The translations under genes were made by a program, and so were the position numbers. Positions 30,044 through 39,857 of a stretch of 64,000 nt of DNA are shown here, piece after piece. This DNA comes from Oscillibacter sp. (lineage in GTDB: Bacteria; Bacillota; Clostridia; Oscillospirales; Oscillospiraceae), in NCBI GenBank assembly GCA_017469475.1, contig JAFUGI010000078.1, forward strand, positions 1,912 through 65,911. Direction: 5' to 3'. The stretch's first letter is position 1, and each line of letters opens with the position of its first letter. The notes under the pieces were generated by a model. It had not been told where the DNA came from. It was given only the letters and a program-made list of their open reading frames with translations, and did no database searches.

Positions 30044-30089
30044 GTTCTCCAAGTCGTGCCGGGCGGGACGATTGGGGAGCTTTCTTTTT
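30044..30089 (+). terminator. Expression-platform terminator of the M-box
   Basis: GTTCTCCAAGTCGT / ACGATTGGGGAGC stem then TTTCTTTTT. Confidence 0.7.
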
Positions 30090-30205
30090 CCCCGGCGGCC
30101 CGGAGTTCCCACGGCGTTTCCCGGCAGGGAGGATCCATGCGCCCCTTGCGAAATATATTTCGCAAGCGACAAACGCCCCATATTTCGGAAAGGAGGTCAC
30201 GCGCC

Positions 30206-31591
30206 ATGCTGGACAAGGAAGAAGAGCGCTCCAAGCTGCTGGAAGAGATTGAGGATCTGATCGAGCGAAAACGATATGCCCAGCTGCGAGACCTCCTGCT
30301 CCCCCTGGAGGCGGCGGACATCGCCGCCCTGTGCCAGGACATGAAGGAGGATACTATCCCGCTGGTCTTCCGGCTCCTGCCCAAGGAGCTGGCGGCGGAG
30401 GTCTTCGTGGAGCTGGACTCCGACCAGCAGGAGCTGCTGATCCGAGGCTTTTCCAACGCCGAGCTGAAGGAGGTGCTGGATGAGCTGTACCTGGACGACA
30501 CTGTGGACATCGTGGAGGAGATGCCCGCCGGGGTGGTCAAGCGCATTTTGCAGCACTCCGACCCGGAGACCCGCAAGAGCATCAACGAGGTCTTGAAGTA
30601 TCCGGAGGATTCCGCCGGCAGCATCATGACCACGGAGTTCGTGGATCTGCTGGCCACCATGACGGTGGAGGACGCCCTCAAGCGCATCCGCCGCACCGCC
30701 CAGGATAAAGAGACCATCAACATCTGCTATGTCATCGACGAGGGGCGCCACCTTCTGGGCGTGCTCTCCATCCGGACGCTGCTGCTGGCGGAGGAGGACG
30801 ACGTCATCGGCGACATCATGGAACAGCACTATATCGCCGTGCAGACGCTGGACGACCAGGAGGTCGTGGCCCGGACCCTGAGCAAGTACGATTTTCTGGC
30901 GCTGCCGGTGGTGGACAAGGAAAACCGGCTGGTGGGCATCGTCACCGTGGACGACGCCATGGACGTTTTGCAGGAGGAGGTCACGGAGGACATCGAGAAG
31001 ATGGCCGCCATCCTGCCCTCCGACAAGCCGTACCTGAAAACCGGCATTTTGGAGACCTTCCGCTCCCGCATCCCGTGGCTGCTGCTGCTGATGGTGTCCG
31101 CCACCTTCACCGGGCAGATCATCTCCGGCTTTGAAAACGCCCTGGCCGCCGTGACGGTGCTCACCGCCTACATCCCCATGCTGATGGACACCGGCGGCAA
31201 CTGCGGCTCTCAGGCCAGCGTCTCCGTGATCCGGGGCATCTCCCTGGGGGAGATCGAGTTTTCCGACCTGATCCAGGTGATCTGGAAGGAGGTGCGGGTG
31301 GCGCTGGTGTGCGGCGTGGCGCTGGCGGTGTGCAACTTTGCCAAGCTGATGCTCGTGGACCGGCTGCTCTTCAACAACCCCTCCGTCACGGTGACGGTGG
31401 CCGCCGTCATCTGCCTGACCATGGTGTGCACGGTGCTGTGCGCCAAGCTGGTGGGCTGCACGCTGCCCATGCTGGCCAAAAAGGTGGGCTTCGACCCGGC
31501 GGTCATGGCCTCCCCCTTCATCACCACCATCGTGGACGCCATCTCCCTTTTGATCTATTTCCGCATCGCCACCCTGCTTTTGAACGTGTAA
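30206..31591 (+). CDS. mgtE: Magnesium transporter MgtE
   Basis: YPEDSAGSIM, tandem CBS, PMLMDTGGNCGSQ, ASPFITTIVD; AGGAGG RBS; M-box upstream. Confidence 0.96.
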   Translation: MLDKEEERSKLLEEIEDLIERKRYAQLRDLLLPLEAADIAALCQDMKEDTIPLVFRLLPKELAAEVFVELDSDQQELLIRGFSNAELKEVLDELYLDDTVDIVEEMPAGVVKRILQHSDPETRKSINEVLKYPEDSAGSIMTTEFVDLLATMTVEDALKRIRRTAQDKETINICYVIDEGRHLLGVLSIRTLLLAEEDDVIGDIMEQHYIAVQTLDDQEVVARTLSKYDFLALPVVDKENRLVGIVTVDDAMDVLQEEVTEDIEKMAAILPSDKPYLKTGILETFRSRIPWLLLLMVSATFTGQIISGFENALAAVTVLTAYIPMLMDTGGNCGSQASVSVIRGISLGEIEFSDLIQVIWKEVRVALVCGVALAVCNFAKLMLVDRLLFNNPSVTVTVAAVICLTMVCTVLCAKLVGCTLPMLAKKVGFDPAVMASPFITTIVDAISLLIYFRIATLLLNV

Positions 31592-31595
31592 CGTA

Positions 31596-31632
31596 AAACA
31601 GCCGCCTGCCCCGGTCGGGGCAGGCGGCTTTC
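31596..31632 (+). terminator. Terminator of mgtE
   Basis: AGCCGCCTGCCCC-GGTC-GGGGCAGGCGGCT + TTT. Confidence 0.75.
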
Positions 31633-31685
31633 AAGTCTCGGCCAAGCGCAAGGCGCCTTGCCGAGAAGGCTGCGGCCCGCCGCAG

Positions 31686-31722
31686 CGCACGAACGGTCCG
31701 CCAGTGGCGGACCGTTCGTGCG
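31686..31722. repeat. 18-bp perfect inverted repeat in a REP-like intergenic block
   Basis: CGCACGAACGGTCCGCCA-G-TGGCGGACCGTTCGTGCG. Confidence 0.7.
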
Positions 31723-31873
31723 TTTGCGGACCGAGAGGTGTTTTCCACGACGTACATGCCGCCGCAGAAAACGGATCATACTGGATTGCGCCTCTGGGCG
31801 CAAACTCTTTGAAGCTTGTGGCTGCCGTCCCGGCCTGTCTTTCCGACCGGGGCAGGCGGCAATTTTCTTTTCC

Positions 31874-34800
31874 CTACGCGGTCAGAGCGGCAATGTGCTC
31901 TGCTGTCAGGCTCTGCCAGGGGATGGCCAGCTCCGCCGCCCCCGCCGTCAGGGCGGTGCGCCAGGCGCTGTACGCCTCCAGGTCCAGGACCTGCACATCG
32001 CTCATGTAGTCCCGATCAGAAGGGGCGGACCGCCCCACCCGGTACACCACGCCGTCGCCGTCGGCGTCCACGTCATCGGGGAAGTCCGTGGGGTGCCACT
32101 GCCGGTCCCAGGCCTCCACCATGTAGAGGCCCTCATAGCGCCCGGTGTCCCTGTTATAATGGGAAACGGTGTAGGGCCAGACGGCCTCTCCCCGGGAGTG
32201 GTTGTGGGACCAGGGGGCCAGAGCCATCCCGTTGGAATAGTAGCGGATGCCGTTGAAGGCGGAGAACTCCTCCTCCACGGCGGCGCCGTCATAGCCGAAG
32301 ACGTACTGGCCGTACCCTGCGTAAACGCCCGGCGTCAGGTAGTCCAGCAGCAGCTCCTGCCCACCGTCCCCATCCACATCCAGAAGGGCAAAGCGGTTTT
32401 CCTCCATGGGGCTGCCGTCGTAGTCCAGCGCCCTGCCGTCCGGCAGGAGACGCCGCTCCAGGATGCTTCGCAGCGAGCGCTGATAGGCCGTGAGCCGCGA
32501 GCCATCCCGCCAGAGGCAGTAGGGCGTGAAGGCAACGGCCTCCAGCCCCCGGACCGTCTGGCTGCGCGTCTGTCCGCCGGCGGGGTAGGTCACCCGGAAC
32601 ACGCCGTTTTCGTACCGGCTGCCGGGTGCGCCGGCCACGCCGCTATCTTGACCGTCCCAGCCGGGAAGGTCCAGCGCCTCCCAGTCCAGGCTGCCCCGCT
32701 CGATGGCGTCGCCCACCCTCCGATAGACGTAGGCCGCCTCATAGCCATCGCCGCCGTAAACGCAGTTGCACACAAGCTCCGTCACGCCGTCGCCGTCCAG
32801 GTCTACGGCGTAGTCCCGCCGGTCGTCAAAGCCGAAGCTCTCCGCAACGGGCACCAGGCCCGCCGCCGTCTGGGCGTAATAGGTCCGCTGGCGCCAGGGG
32901 CCGTAGACCTCCTCCGTCCATTGGCCGGAAAAGCCCATGATGTTGGCAAAGTCCCCCTGGGCCGTGCCCCTGTCGGAGAGGGGGATGATCTCGGTCCGCT
33001 CCTCCACCGCCGCAGTGAGGACCGTTGCCTCCACCGCCCGGCCGTCCTCCGAGAAGGCAAGGGCGCAGAGGTACTCCCCCTCCGCAAGGTCCACGCTGGC
33101 GACAAGCTCGCCCGTATAGTCCAGGATGTCGCCCTGAAGGGTATAGAGACCGGTGGTCAGGTCCTCCCCCTGCCAGATGAGGTTGCTCCCGGTGAGCTGG
33201 GCCGTGAAGTTTCGCTCCTCGGTGTCGTAGATCAGGTAGACACCCACCCGGGGGTTGATGTGCCCCTCAATGAGGATGTCCCGCCCCACCCGATCGCAGG
33301 CCAAAATGGCGTTCATGGCCGGGGCCAGCTCCGTCAGGTCATAGGTGGCATCGCCGTAGGTGAAGGTGGTCCCCTCCCAGGTAAAGTCTATCGCCGTGGG
33401 GGCCTCCTGAGATACCGCGTCCCGGTGGGATGTGATAAAGTCCGTGACGGAGTCGGTGCGGATGTCGATGGCGTCGCCGGAGCCGTCCAGCACCCGGAGC
33501 TCCGCGTACAGAAGCTCCCCCTTCGGTCCCCGGCTCCCCACCAGAAGCTCATAGAGGTCGTTGATGGGATAGCACCGAATGTAGAGGCCGGAGCCCACCT
33601 CCGTATAGCGAAAACCGGTAAGGTCCGCCGGGGTCAGGTCCATCCCCTTGCCGGAGAGCAGGATGCAGTCGTTGAGGGAGAGGCGTTGGGGCCCGCCGGA
33701 GGTTCCCTTTGTCATGGCCAGGCGGAAGACCTCCAGAGCCGCAGCCAGTGTCTCCTCCACCGCCGCCCGGCCGCTCTCGCCGGTGACATGGAGGGTGTAC
33801 AGGATGTTGTTCCAGACGAAGAAGGCGTCCGTGCGGTCATAGGTCCCGGCGCCCCGGATGTCCAGCACCAGGGCGGTGACGTCCTCCGTCAGCTTCTCCT
33901 GCCGAGTCGCAAAGCGCACCCGCCCGTTCCACACGCCGGAAACGGCGTAGGGCGCCGCGCCCAGGGGCAACAGGGCGGAGAGCTCCACCGCCGCGCCCTC
34001 CCCCTGATAGCGGGCGGAGGCGCTCACGCCGGTCACGGTCCCGTCGGCCTCCCCCGTCCAGGTAAGGCGCACGTCTCCCTCCCGGGGAAAGGCGCCCTCC
34101 AGAGGCGCGGCCGGCCGGGCGCCGCCGAGGATGGGGCCGCACGCCTCCCAGGCATTGAGCCAGGAGGCAAAGCTCCGGGAAAGGAGCCCCGGCGCCGTGG
34201 AGGAGGCCATCTGCGCCTCCGGGCTCTGGGCGCTGTATGCCTCCCACTGGGAAAGAAGCTCCTGAGAAAGCTCCGGCGTGTCAGCCTCCACAGGGGTGAG
34301 GGACGCCTCCACCCGGTAGGAGCTCTCCCGCCATCCGGTCCGGGCCTCTGTCAGGCGGAGGGCGGTCGCCTCCTTCACCTGGGGGTCCGTCAAAAAGCAC
34401 ACCGCCGCGGCGCCGCAGGCGATGACTGCCAGCACCGCCAGCCAGAACGCGGGCTTTCGATCGTTCAGCACCGCCCGGATGCGCGCCTTCACCCCCACCT
34501 CCCCAAAGGCCAGGGGGCAGGCCGCCACCAGCGGGCCCCGGACGCTGCACGAGAGCAGGGCCCGGGAATAGGCCCGCTTCTCCTCCGCTCCCAGGTCCCG
34601 GATGACCCGCTCGTCGCAGGCAAGCTCGATGTCCCGGCACAAAAGGGCGTAGGCCACCCACAAAAGGGGGTGGAACCAGTAGACCGCCAGCAGCCCGAAG
34701 CCCAGGGGCTTCCACCAGTGGTCCCGCCGGCGGAGGTGGGCCCGCTCGTGGGCCTCCACATAGGGGATCTGCCCCTCCTCCAGATCCGAGGGGAGGTAGA

Positions 34801-35311
34801 TGCGGGGCCGCAGCAATCCCAGGATGAAGGGGGAGTCCACCTCGTCGCACACCCACAGGTCCGCCCGCAGCCGGACCGCCGCCGCCACCCGGCGCCGGAT
34901 GCGGCCATAGCTGATGGCGGCGTAGGCCGCCATGACCCCCAGGCCCAGAAGCCAGACCACCGCCCCCACAAAGCTCCACACCTGCAAGGGGTTGGCGCTT
35001 TGCACCGCCTCCGGCGCAAAGGCCGCCTCCATCACCGGGTTCACCGCCTGGTTCACCGCCGGGATGCCGGTGTGGAGGGCGGGATGGGCCTCATAAACGA
35101 TCTCCGGCGTGACCACCTGGGCACTGGGGACCAGGCTGAACACGCTCTGGAGGGAGAAGGGCCACACCAGCCGCACCGCCACCACGCCCCACAGCGCCAC
35201 CCGCGCCCACTTGGGCGCCCGGCGCAGCAGCAGCCGCAACAGGAGCACCGCCAGCACCAGCCAGGTGGAGACCAGGGCGGTATTCAAAAGGCGAAGAAAC
35301 AGCGCCTCCAT
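31874..35311 (-). CDS. M56 family (BlaR1/MecR1-type) membrane metallopeptidase sensor with ~830-aa extracellular region
   Basis: SPF.LG..RPRIYLP, HERAH, IELACDE, CPLAFGE..VK.RI; downstream DxDxDG loops. Confidence 0.92.
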   Translation of the reverse strand: MEALFLRLLNTALVSTWLVLAVLLLRLLLRRAPKWARVALWGVVAVRLVWPFSLQSVFSLVPSAQVVTPEIVYEAHPALHTGIPAVNQAVNPVMEAAFAPEAVQSANPLQVWSFVGAVVWLLGLGVMAAYAAISYGRIRRRVAAAVRLRADLWVCDEVDSPFILGLLRPRIYLPSDLEEGQIPYVEAHERAHLRRRDHWWKPLGFGLLAVYWFHPLLWVAYALLCRDIELACDERVIRDLGAEEKRAYSRALLSCSVRGPLVAACPLAFGEVGVKARIRAVLNDRKPAFWLAVLAVIACGAAAVCFLTDPQVKEATALRLTEARTGWRESSYRVEASLTPVEADTPELSQELLSQWEAYSAQSPEAQMASSTAPGLLSRSFASWLNAWEACGPILGGARPAAPLEGAFPREGDVRLTWTGEADGTVTGVSASARYQGEGAAVELSALLPLGAAPYAVSGVWNGRVRFATRQEKLTEDVTALVLDIRGAGTYDRTDAFFVWNNILYTLHVTGESGRAAVEETLAAALEVFRLAMTKGTSGGPQRLSLNDCILLSGKGMDLTPADLTGFRYTEVGSGLYIRCYPINDLYELLVGSRGPKGELLYAELRVLDGSGDAIDIRTDSVTDFITSHRDAVSQEAPTAIDFTWEGTTFTYGDATYDLTELAPAMNAILACDRVGRDILIEGHINPRVGVYLIYDTEERNFTAQLTGSNLIWQGEDLTTGLYTLQGDILDYTGELVASVDLAEGEYLCALAFSEDGRAVEATVLTAAVEERTEIIPLSDRGTAQGDFANIMGFSGQWTEEVYGPWRQRTYYAQTAAGLVPVAESFGFDDRRDYAVDLDGDGVTELVCNCVYGGDGYEAAYVYRRVGDAIERGSLDWEALDLPGWDGQDSGVAGAPGSRYENGVFRVTYPAGGQTRSQTVRGLEAVAFTPYCLWRDGSRLTAYQRSLRSILERRLLPDGRALDYDGSPMEENRFALLDVDGDGGQELLLDYLTPGVYAGYGQYVFGYDGAAVEEEFSAFNGIRYYSNGMALAPWSHNHSRGEAVWPYTVSHYNRDTGRYEGLYMVEAWDRQWHPTDFPDDVDADGDGVVYRVGRSAPSDRDYMSDVQVLDLEAYSAWRTALTAGAAELAIPWQSLTAEHIAALTA

Positions 35312-35314
35312 CCC

Positions 35315-35680
35315 TCACTCCTCCTTCCCCAGGCCGTCGATCATGGCGCGGAGCTCGTCGATCTCCGCCGCCGTCAGGCGCTTGCGGGCGGTAAAGGCCG
35401 CCAAAAAGGCGGGAAGAGAGCCGTGAAAGGTCTCCTCCACGAAGGCCTGGCTCTGCCGGGCGTAAAAGGCCTCCCGGGGGACCAGGACCTCCACCGTGCC
35501 GCCGTTGTTGGCGAACAGCCCCCGGCCGCACAGCTTTTTCAGCACCGTATAGGTGGTGGTGCGCTTCCACCCCAGCTCCGCCTCGCAGCGCCTGGCCAGC
35601 TCCCCCGAGGCGATGGGGGCATGGCTCCAAATGATGTCCGCAAAGCGGGATTCCACCGCGCCCAGCTTCCACTCCGGCAT
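35315..35680 (-). CDS. BlaI/MecI/CopY family repressor
   Basis: E..F..IIW, W..TT.YTVL.KL, F.GSL..FL..F; AAGGAGG RBS; directly upstream of M56. Confidence 0.92.
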   Translation of the reverse strand: MPEWKLGAVESRFADIIWSHAPIASGELARRCEAELGWKRTTTYTVLKKLCGRGLFANNGGTVEVLVPREAFYARQSQAFVEETFHGSLPAFLAAFTARKRLTAAEIDELRAMIDGLGKEE

Positions 35681-35706
35681 CGTTCCATCCTCCTTGTCTA
35701 TCAGCA

Positions 35707-35753
35707 ATAGACTATCTGAGGGTAGTCTATCATTAGTAGACAGGTCCTGTCAA
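35707..35753 (-). promoter_or_regulatory. blaI-M56 promoter overlapped by inverted repeats (putative operator)
   Basis: TTGACA-18-TG.TAGACT; ATAGACTA-N8-TAGTCTAT, GTCTA-N7-TAGAC, GACAGG-T-CCTGTC. Confidence 0.7.
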
Positions 35754-35836
35754 GGGCCGACGCAAAAAAATCCCCCGGCGGCCAGCCGGGGGTGGCGTGG
35801 TGAAGAGCGGCGGGGCAGGCGATGGCCCTTGCGGGG

Positions 35837-36973
35837 TCAGTCGCTGTAATCGGAGTCCAGAATGATGTCGAACCGGTAGTCCGGCCACAGCTGGGCGCAG
35901 CGCTGATGGATGGCCCGCCGGGCGGCGGAAGCGTCTGCGGAGAAGTCCACCACCAGGTCGAACAGGACCCGCCGGTGCCCCTCGTCCACGTAAAACCCGT
36001 GCATTTGCAGCACCTCCGGGTGCTCCGCCACCACCGCCTCCACACTCTGGCGCAAAGCGGCGGAGGCAGCCGAGGAGTCGTTGGCGGCGTAGATGCCCAC
36101 GGTGAGGATGATGCCGAAGCGGGCAAAGACCTCCTCCGAAATGCGGCGGGTCAGCTCATGGAGCTCCCGGGCGGTCAGCTCGTCCGCCACCTCCACATGC
36201 ACGGAGCCGATGAGCTGGGTGGGGCCGTAGTTGTGGAGGGTCAGGTCGTAGGCGCCCCGCACCTCCGGATGGGCGCACACCGTCTCCTTCAGCTCCTGGG
36301 TCAGCTGGGGGTCCGCCCGGGTGCCGATGATGCTGTCCAGCGTCTCTCGCAGCATCCCGAAGCCCGCCTTGAGGATGAAAATAGAAATCACCGCCCCCAG
36401 GGGCCCCTCCAGATCGATATGCCACAGAAGGCTCACTGCCGCGGCCACCAGCGTCGCAAAGGACAGCACCGCGTCAAAAAGCGCGTCGGACCCGGAGGCC
36501 ACCAGGGACTGGGCGTGGACCCGCTCCCCCACAGAGCGGACATACCGGCCGCACAGGAGCTTGGCCGCCACCGCCGCCGCAATGATGACCAGGGACACCG
36601 CGGAGTAGCTGGCCGCCTGGGGGTGGAGCACCTTCTCCACCGACTCCTTCAGGGACGTGAAGCCGGCGGAGAGCACCAGAGCGGCGATGACCACGCTGGT
36701 GAGATACTCCACCCGGCCATAGCCGTAGGGGTGCTGCTTGTCCGGCGCCTTGGCGGCGAGCTTGGTGCCCAGAATGGTGATGACGGAGGACAGTGCGTCG
36801 CTCAGATTGTTCACGGCGTCCAGAATGACGGCGATGGAGTTGGCCGCAAGGCCCACCGCCATTTTGAACAGCACCAGCACCACATTCACCCCGATGCCCA
36901 CGAAGCTGGTGCGGATGATGACCCGCTCCCGGTCCGGCCCGGTCCCCCGGTCCTGTAAGGTGCGCTCGTCCAT
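35837..36973 (-). CDS. Cation diffusion facilitator family transporter
   Basis: DAVNNLSD, HPYGYGR.EY, DALFD; C-terminal dimerisation domain. Confidence 0.93.
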   Translation of the reverse strand: MDERTLQDRGTGPDRERVIIRTSFVGIGVNVVLVLFKMAVGLAANSIAVILDAVNNLSDALSSVITILGTKLAAKAPDKQHPYGYGRVEYLTSVVIAALVLSAGFTSLKESVEKVLHPQAASYSAVSLVIIAAAVAAKLLCGRYVRSVGERVHAQSLVASGSDALFDAVLSFATLVAAAVSLLWHIDLEGPLGAVISIFILKAGFGMLRETLDSIIGTRADPQLTQELKETVCAHPEVRGAYDLTLHNYGPTQLIGSVHVEVADELTARELHELTRRISEEVFARFGIILTVGIYAANDSSAASAALRQSVEAVVAEHPEVLQMHGFYVDEGHRRVLFDLVVDFSADASAARRAIHQRCAQLWPDYRFDIILDSDYSD

Positions 36974-36986
36974 AGGTCTGTCCTCC

Positions 36987-37049
36987 TTGAAATTTTTTCA
37001 AATTTAATTTTATGCAATTTATTATAGTCCATTCTCGACCCTTTGTCAA
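36987..37049 (-). promoter_or_regulatory. Consensus sigma70 promoter of the CDF gene with downstream 6-3-6 inverted repeat
   Basis: TTGACA-17-TATAAT (37049-37021); TTGAAA-TTT-TTTCAA at 36987-37001. Confidence 0.75.
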
Positions 37050-37210
37050 CCCCCGGCAGGAAAGGCTCCTTGCCGGCGGAGGATAACCCAGGGGCAGAGG
37101 CGGCAACCCGGCGGCGCGATCTTCTCCAAAAGGAGCCGTGCGCTCCATCCCAGGGCAGAGCAGTCTATCCCCCCGGCAGGCGGCAAAAAGCGAAGGGCCG
37201 GGCCCTTCGC

Positions 37211-38311
37211 CTATGCTGCGCAGCGGTCCCGGTAGTAGACCACCAGCAGGTCCACCACGGTGCCGTAGGACCGGATGCCCCGCTGGTCGCCGTAGCTTTT
37301 CAGGATGCCGTCGTAGACCTTGTTGGAGACGGTCTGGGCCACCGTATCCCGGAACTGGTCCCAGTAGGCGTTGTTGTCCGCCAGGTCGGCGCGCACCGTG
37401 TCCGGCAGGGTGTCCCGAATGGCCCAATAGGCCTCCGGGTCCGCGCTGTACAGGGCGTTGCCCAGGTAGATGTACCCCATGAGCCAGCCGGAGTAGGCGT
37501 ACACCGGGTCGCCGGAGGCAGTGGAGGCCAGGACCGCCAGGAAGTTGCACTCCTGCTCCGAGGCGATGCCCCGCTGGTGGGCCATCTCGTGGGCCGCCGT
37601 AGAGGGCAGGAGGCAGGCGGGGGAGTCCACGTTGACGTTGGCCTCCCCGGTGAAGGCGCAGTAGAAGCCGGTGAAGTCCATGCGGCTCATGAGTCGGGAA
37701 AAGGCCATGGGCTTGACGCCGGTGTCGGCGAAGGTCAGGAAGGGGAACTCCGCCTCCAGCGCCGTGTAAACCTCCGGCGCCTGCGACAGGATCGTCTCCC
37801 GGTCCACGGCGAAGACGCCCCCCTCGTCCCGGGCCACGCCCTCCGCCGTCTCGCCAAGCTGTTGGGCAAAATAGGACGTCACTGCCGTCAGGTCCTCCCG
37901 GGATACGGGCTGAGCGTAGATGCCGGACCGGTCCTGGAAGCCGTCCGCCCAGAAGTAGACGCCCCAGAGGAAGCAGGCGGCGGCCGCGGCGGTCAGGGCG
38001 GCGCACACCGCCCCCAGCGCCGCGCTGTACAGGCGGCTGCGCCTGTGGTCCGACCGGGCCACGGCGATGACGCTCCACACGGCGTACAAAACGGCTCCCA
38101 CCGCAAGGCACGCCCCGATGGCCTCCATCACGGAGAAGGGCACCCGGGCAGTCAAATGGCCCAGAGCCGCCTGGAGGGGCGTCGTGACGCGGCTCGTCAG
38201 GGCGTTCATCCACCTCCGGTTCCCCCGGCAGAGGAAAAAGGCTGCCAGCAGGCAGAGGTCCGCCAGCAGCCACAGATGCAGCTTTTTGTGTCTGAGGAAA
38301 AAGGCTTTCAT
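37211..38311 (-). CDS. DUF3810-type membrane-anchored zincin-like protein
   Basis: N-terminal TMs; G.Y..FTGEANVN, AHEMAHQRG.A.E.ECNF. Confidence 0.8.
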   Translation of the reverse strand: MKAFFLRHKKLHLWLLADLCLLAAFFLCRGNRRWMNALTSRVTTPLQAALGHLTARVPFSVMEAIGACLAVGAVLYAVWSVIAVARSDHRRSRLYSAALGAVCAALTAAAAACFLWGVYFWADGFQDRSGIYAQPVSREDLTAVTSYFAQQLGETAEGVARDEGGVFAVDRETILSQAPEVYTALEAEFPFLTFADTGVKPMAFSRLMSRMDFTGFYCAFTGEANVNVDSPACLLPSTAAHEMAHQRGIASEQECNFLAVLASTASGDPVYAYSGWLMGYIYLGNALYSADPEAYWAIRDTLPDTVRADLADNNAYWDQFRDTVAQTVSNKVYDGILKSYGDQRGIRSYGTVVDLLVVYYRDRCAA

Positions 38312-38334
38312 ATGGACTCCCGTTTTGTGGGCCG

Positions 38335-39069
38335 TCACTCCGCGGCGGCCAGCAGCTGGCGGGTATACTCCGCCTGGGGATGGGCGTACACCGCTTCCAC
38401 GTCCCCCTGCTCCACGATGCGGCCCTGCTTCATCACCAACACCCGGTCGCAGATCTGATAGACCACGTTCAGGTCGTGGGAGATGAAGAGATAGCTCAGG
38501 TCCAGCTCCGAGCGCAGGGTCTTGAGGAGCTTTAGGATCTGGGCCTGGATGGTCACATCCAGGGCAGACACCGGCTCATCGGCGATGAGGAACCGGGGCC
38601 GCTGCAAAAGCGCCACGGCGATGGACACCCGCTGGCGCTGCCCGCCGGAGAGCTCGGAGGGCCGCGCATCCAGGCACTCGACGGGAAGCTCCACCCGCTC
38701 CAGCATCTCCCGCACCCGGCGGCGGCGCTCCGCCGCGTCGTACTTGCCGTAGATGCGCAAGGGCTCCTCCAAAATCCACTCCACGCTGTAGGCGGGATTC
38801 AGGGAGCTGTAGGGGTCCTGAAAGACCATCTGGGGTCGCTTGGTGTAGTGGACGATCTGGCCGGCGTCCGGCCGGAGCATCCCCAAAATGGCCCGGGAGA
38901 GAGTGGTCTTGCCGGAGCCGGACTCCCCCACCAGGCCCAAGATCTCCCCGTGGCGTACATCAAAGGTCACGTCATGGAGGATGGGGCGGTACTCTTTTTT
39001 CTGAAACAGGCCCCGGGTGTGGTAGCCGCAGGTGACCTGCTGCACAGAGAGGATCAGATCGCCGCTCAC
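38335..39069 (-). CDS. Oligopeptide/dipeptide ABC ATPase (OppF/DppF-like)
   Basis: [35 protein letters not shown]. Confidence 0.93.
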   Translation of the reverse strand: MSGDLILSVQQVTCGYHTRGLFQKKEYRPILHDVTFDVRHGEILGLVGESGSGKTTLSRAILGMLRPDAGQIVHYTKRPQMVFQDPYSSLNPAYSVEWILEEPLRIYGKYDAAERRRRVREMLERVELPVECLDARPSELSGGQRQRVSIAVALLQRPRFLIADEPVSALDVTIQAQILKLLKTLRSELDLSYLFISHDLNVVYQICDRVLVMKQGRIVEQGDVEAVYAHPQAEYTRQLLAAAE

Positions 39070-39857
39070 GGTGTCTCCTCCTTTCGCCGGCGGGTGGGGA
39101 TGGCCTCGATCAGATGGCGGGTATAGGGATGGGCGGGATGGTAGAAAACGTCGTTCGTCTCCCCCTCCTCCACCAGAACGCCCCGCTGCATCACGGCCAC
39201 CCGGGTGCAGAGCTTGCGCACCACGTTCAGGTTGTGGGAGATGAAGAGCATGGAGATGCCGCTCTCCCGGTTCAGCTTTTTGAGAAGCTCCAAGATCTGG
39301 GCCTGGATGGTCACGTCCAGGGCGGTGGTGGGCTCATCCAGCAGCAGCAGGCGGGGCTTGATGACGATGGCCGCCGCGATGCACGCCCGCTGGCGCATGC
39401 CGCCGGAGAGCTCGTGGGGATAGGCGCCGTATAAGCCCTCCGGGTCGGGGAGCTCCACCTCCCGCAATGCCTGGAGCGCAAGCTCCCGCCGCTGCGGCGC
39501 GGCGAGATCGGTGTGGATGCGCAGCACCTCCTCCACCTGGTCGCCAATACGCATCAGGGGGTCCATGCAGCTCTGGGGCTCCTGGAAAACGACGCCGATG
39601 GCCTTGCCCTGCACGGAGCGCAGAAGGGAGCGGGGCGCGTGGAGCAGGTCCGTGCCGTCCAGCAGGACCTTTCCGGAGTAGGCGCACTGCTTGCGGGGAA
39701 GAAGGCCCGCCACGCTCATGGCGGTGACGCTCTTGCCGGAGCCGGACTCCCCCACCAGGCCCAAGATCTCCCCGTCGTGGATGGTCAGGGACACCCCGGC
39801 CACGGCCTCCCGGTCCCGGGTGTGGAATTTTACGTGCAGGTCCTGGATCTCCAGCAT
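39066..39857 (-). CDS. Oligopeptide/dipeptide ABC ATPase (OppD/DppD-like)
   Basis: [32 protein letters not shown]. Confidence 0.93.
   Translation of the reverse strand: MLEIQDLHVKFHTRDREAVAGVSLTIHDGEILGLVGESGSGKSVTAMSVAGLLPRKQCAYSGKVLLDGTDLLHAPRSLLRSVQGKAIGVVFQEPQSCMDPLMRIGDQVEEVLRIHTDLAAPQRRELALQALREVELPDPEGLYGAYPHELSGGMRQRACIAAAIVIKPRLLLLDEPTTALDVTIQAQILELLKKLNRESGISMLFISHNLNVVRKLCTRVAVMQRGVLVEEGETNDVFYHPAHPYTRHLIEAIPTRRRKEETP

Noticed and set aside
31874-35680. Beta-lactam resistance (bla/mec) locus
   Set aside because: No beta-lactamase or PBP2a gene adjacent and no recognisable penicillin-binding sensor domain
31658-35710. 1350-aa plus-strand ORF
   Set aside because: Antisense shadow of the M56/BlaI genes caused by high GC3; composition is Gly/Pro/Arg-rich with no motifs or RBS
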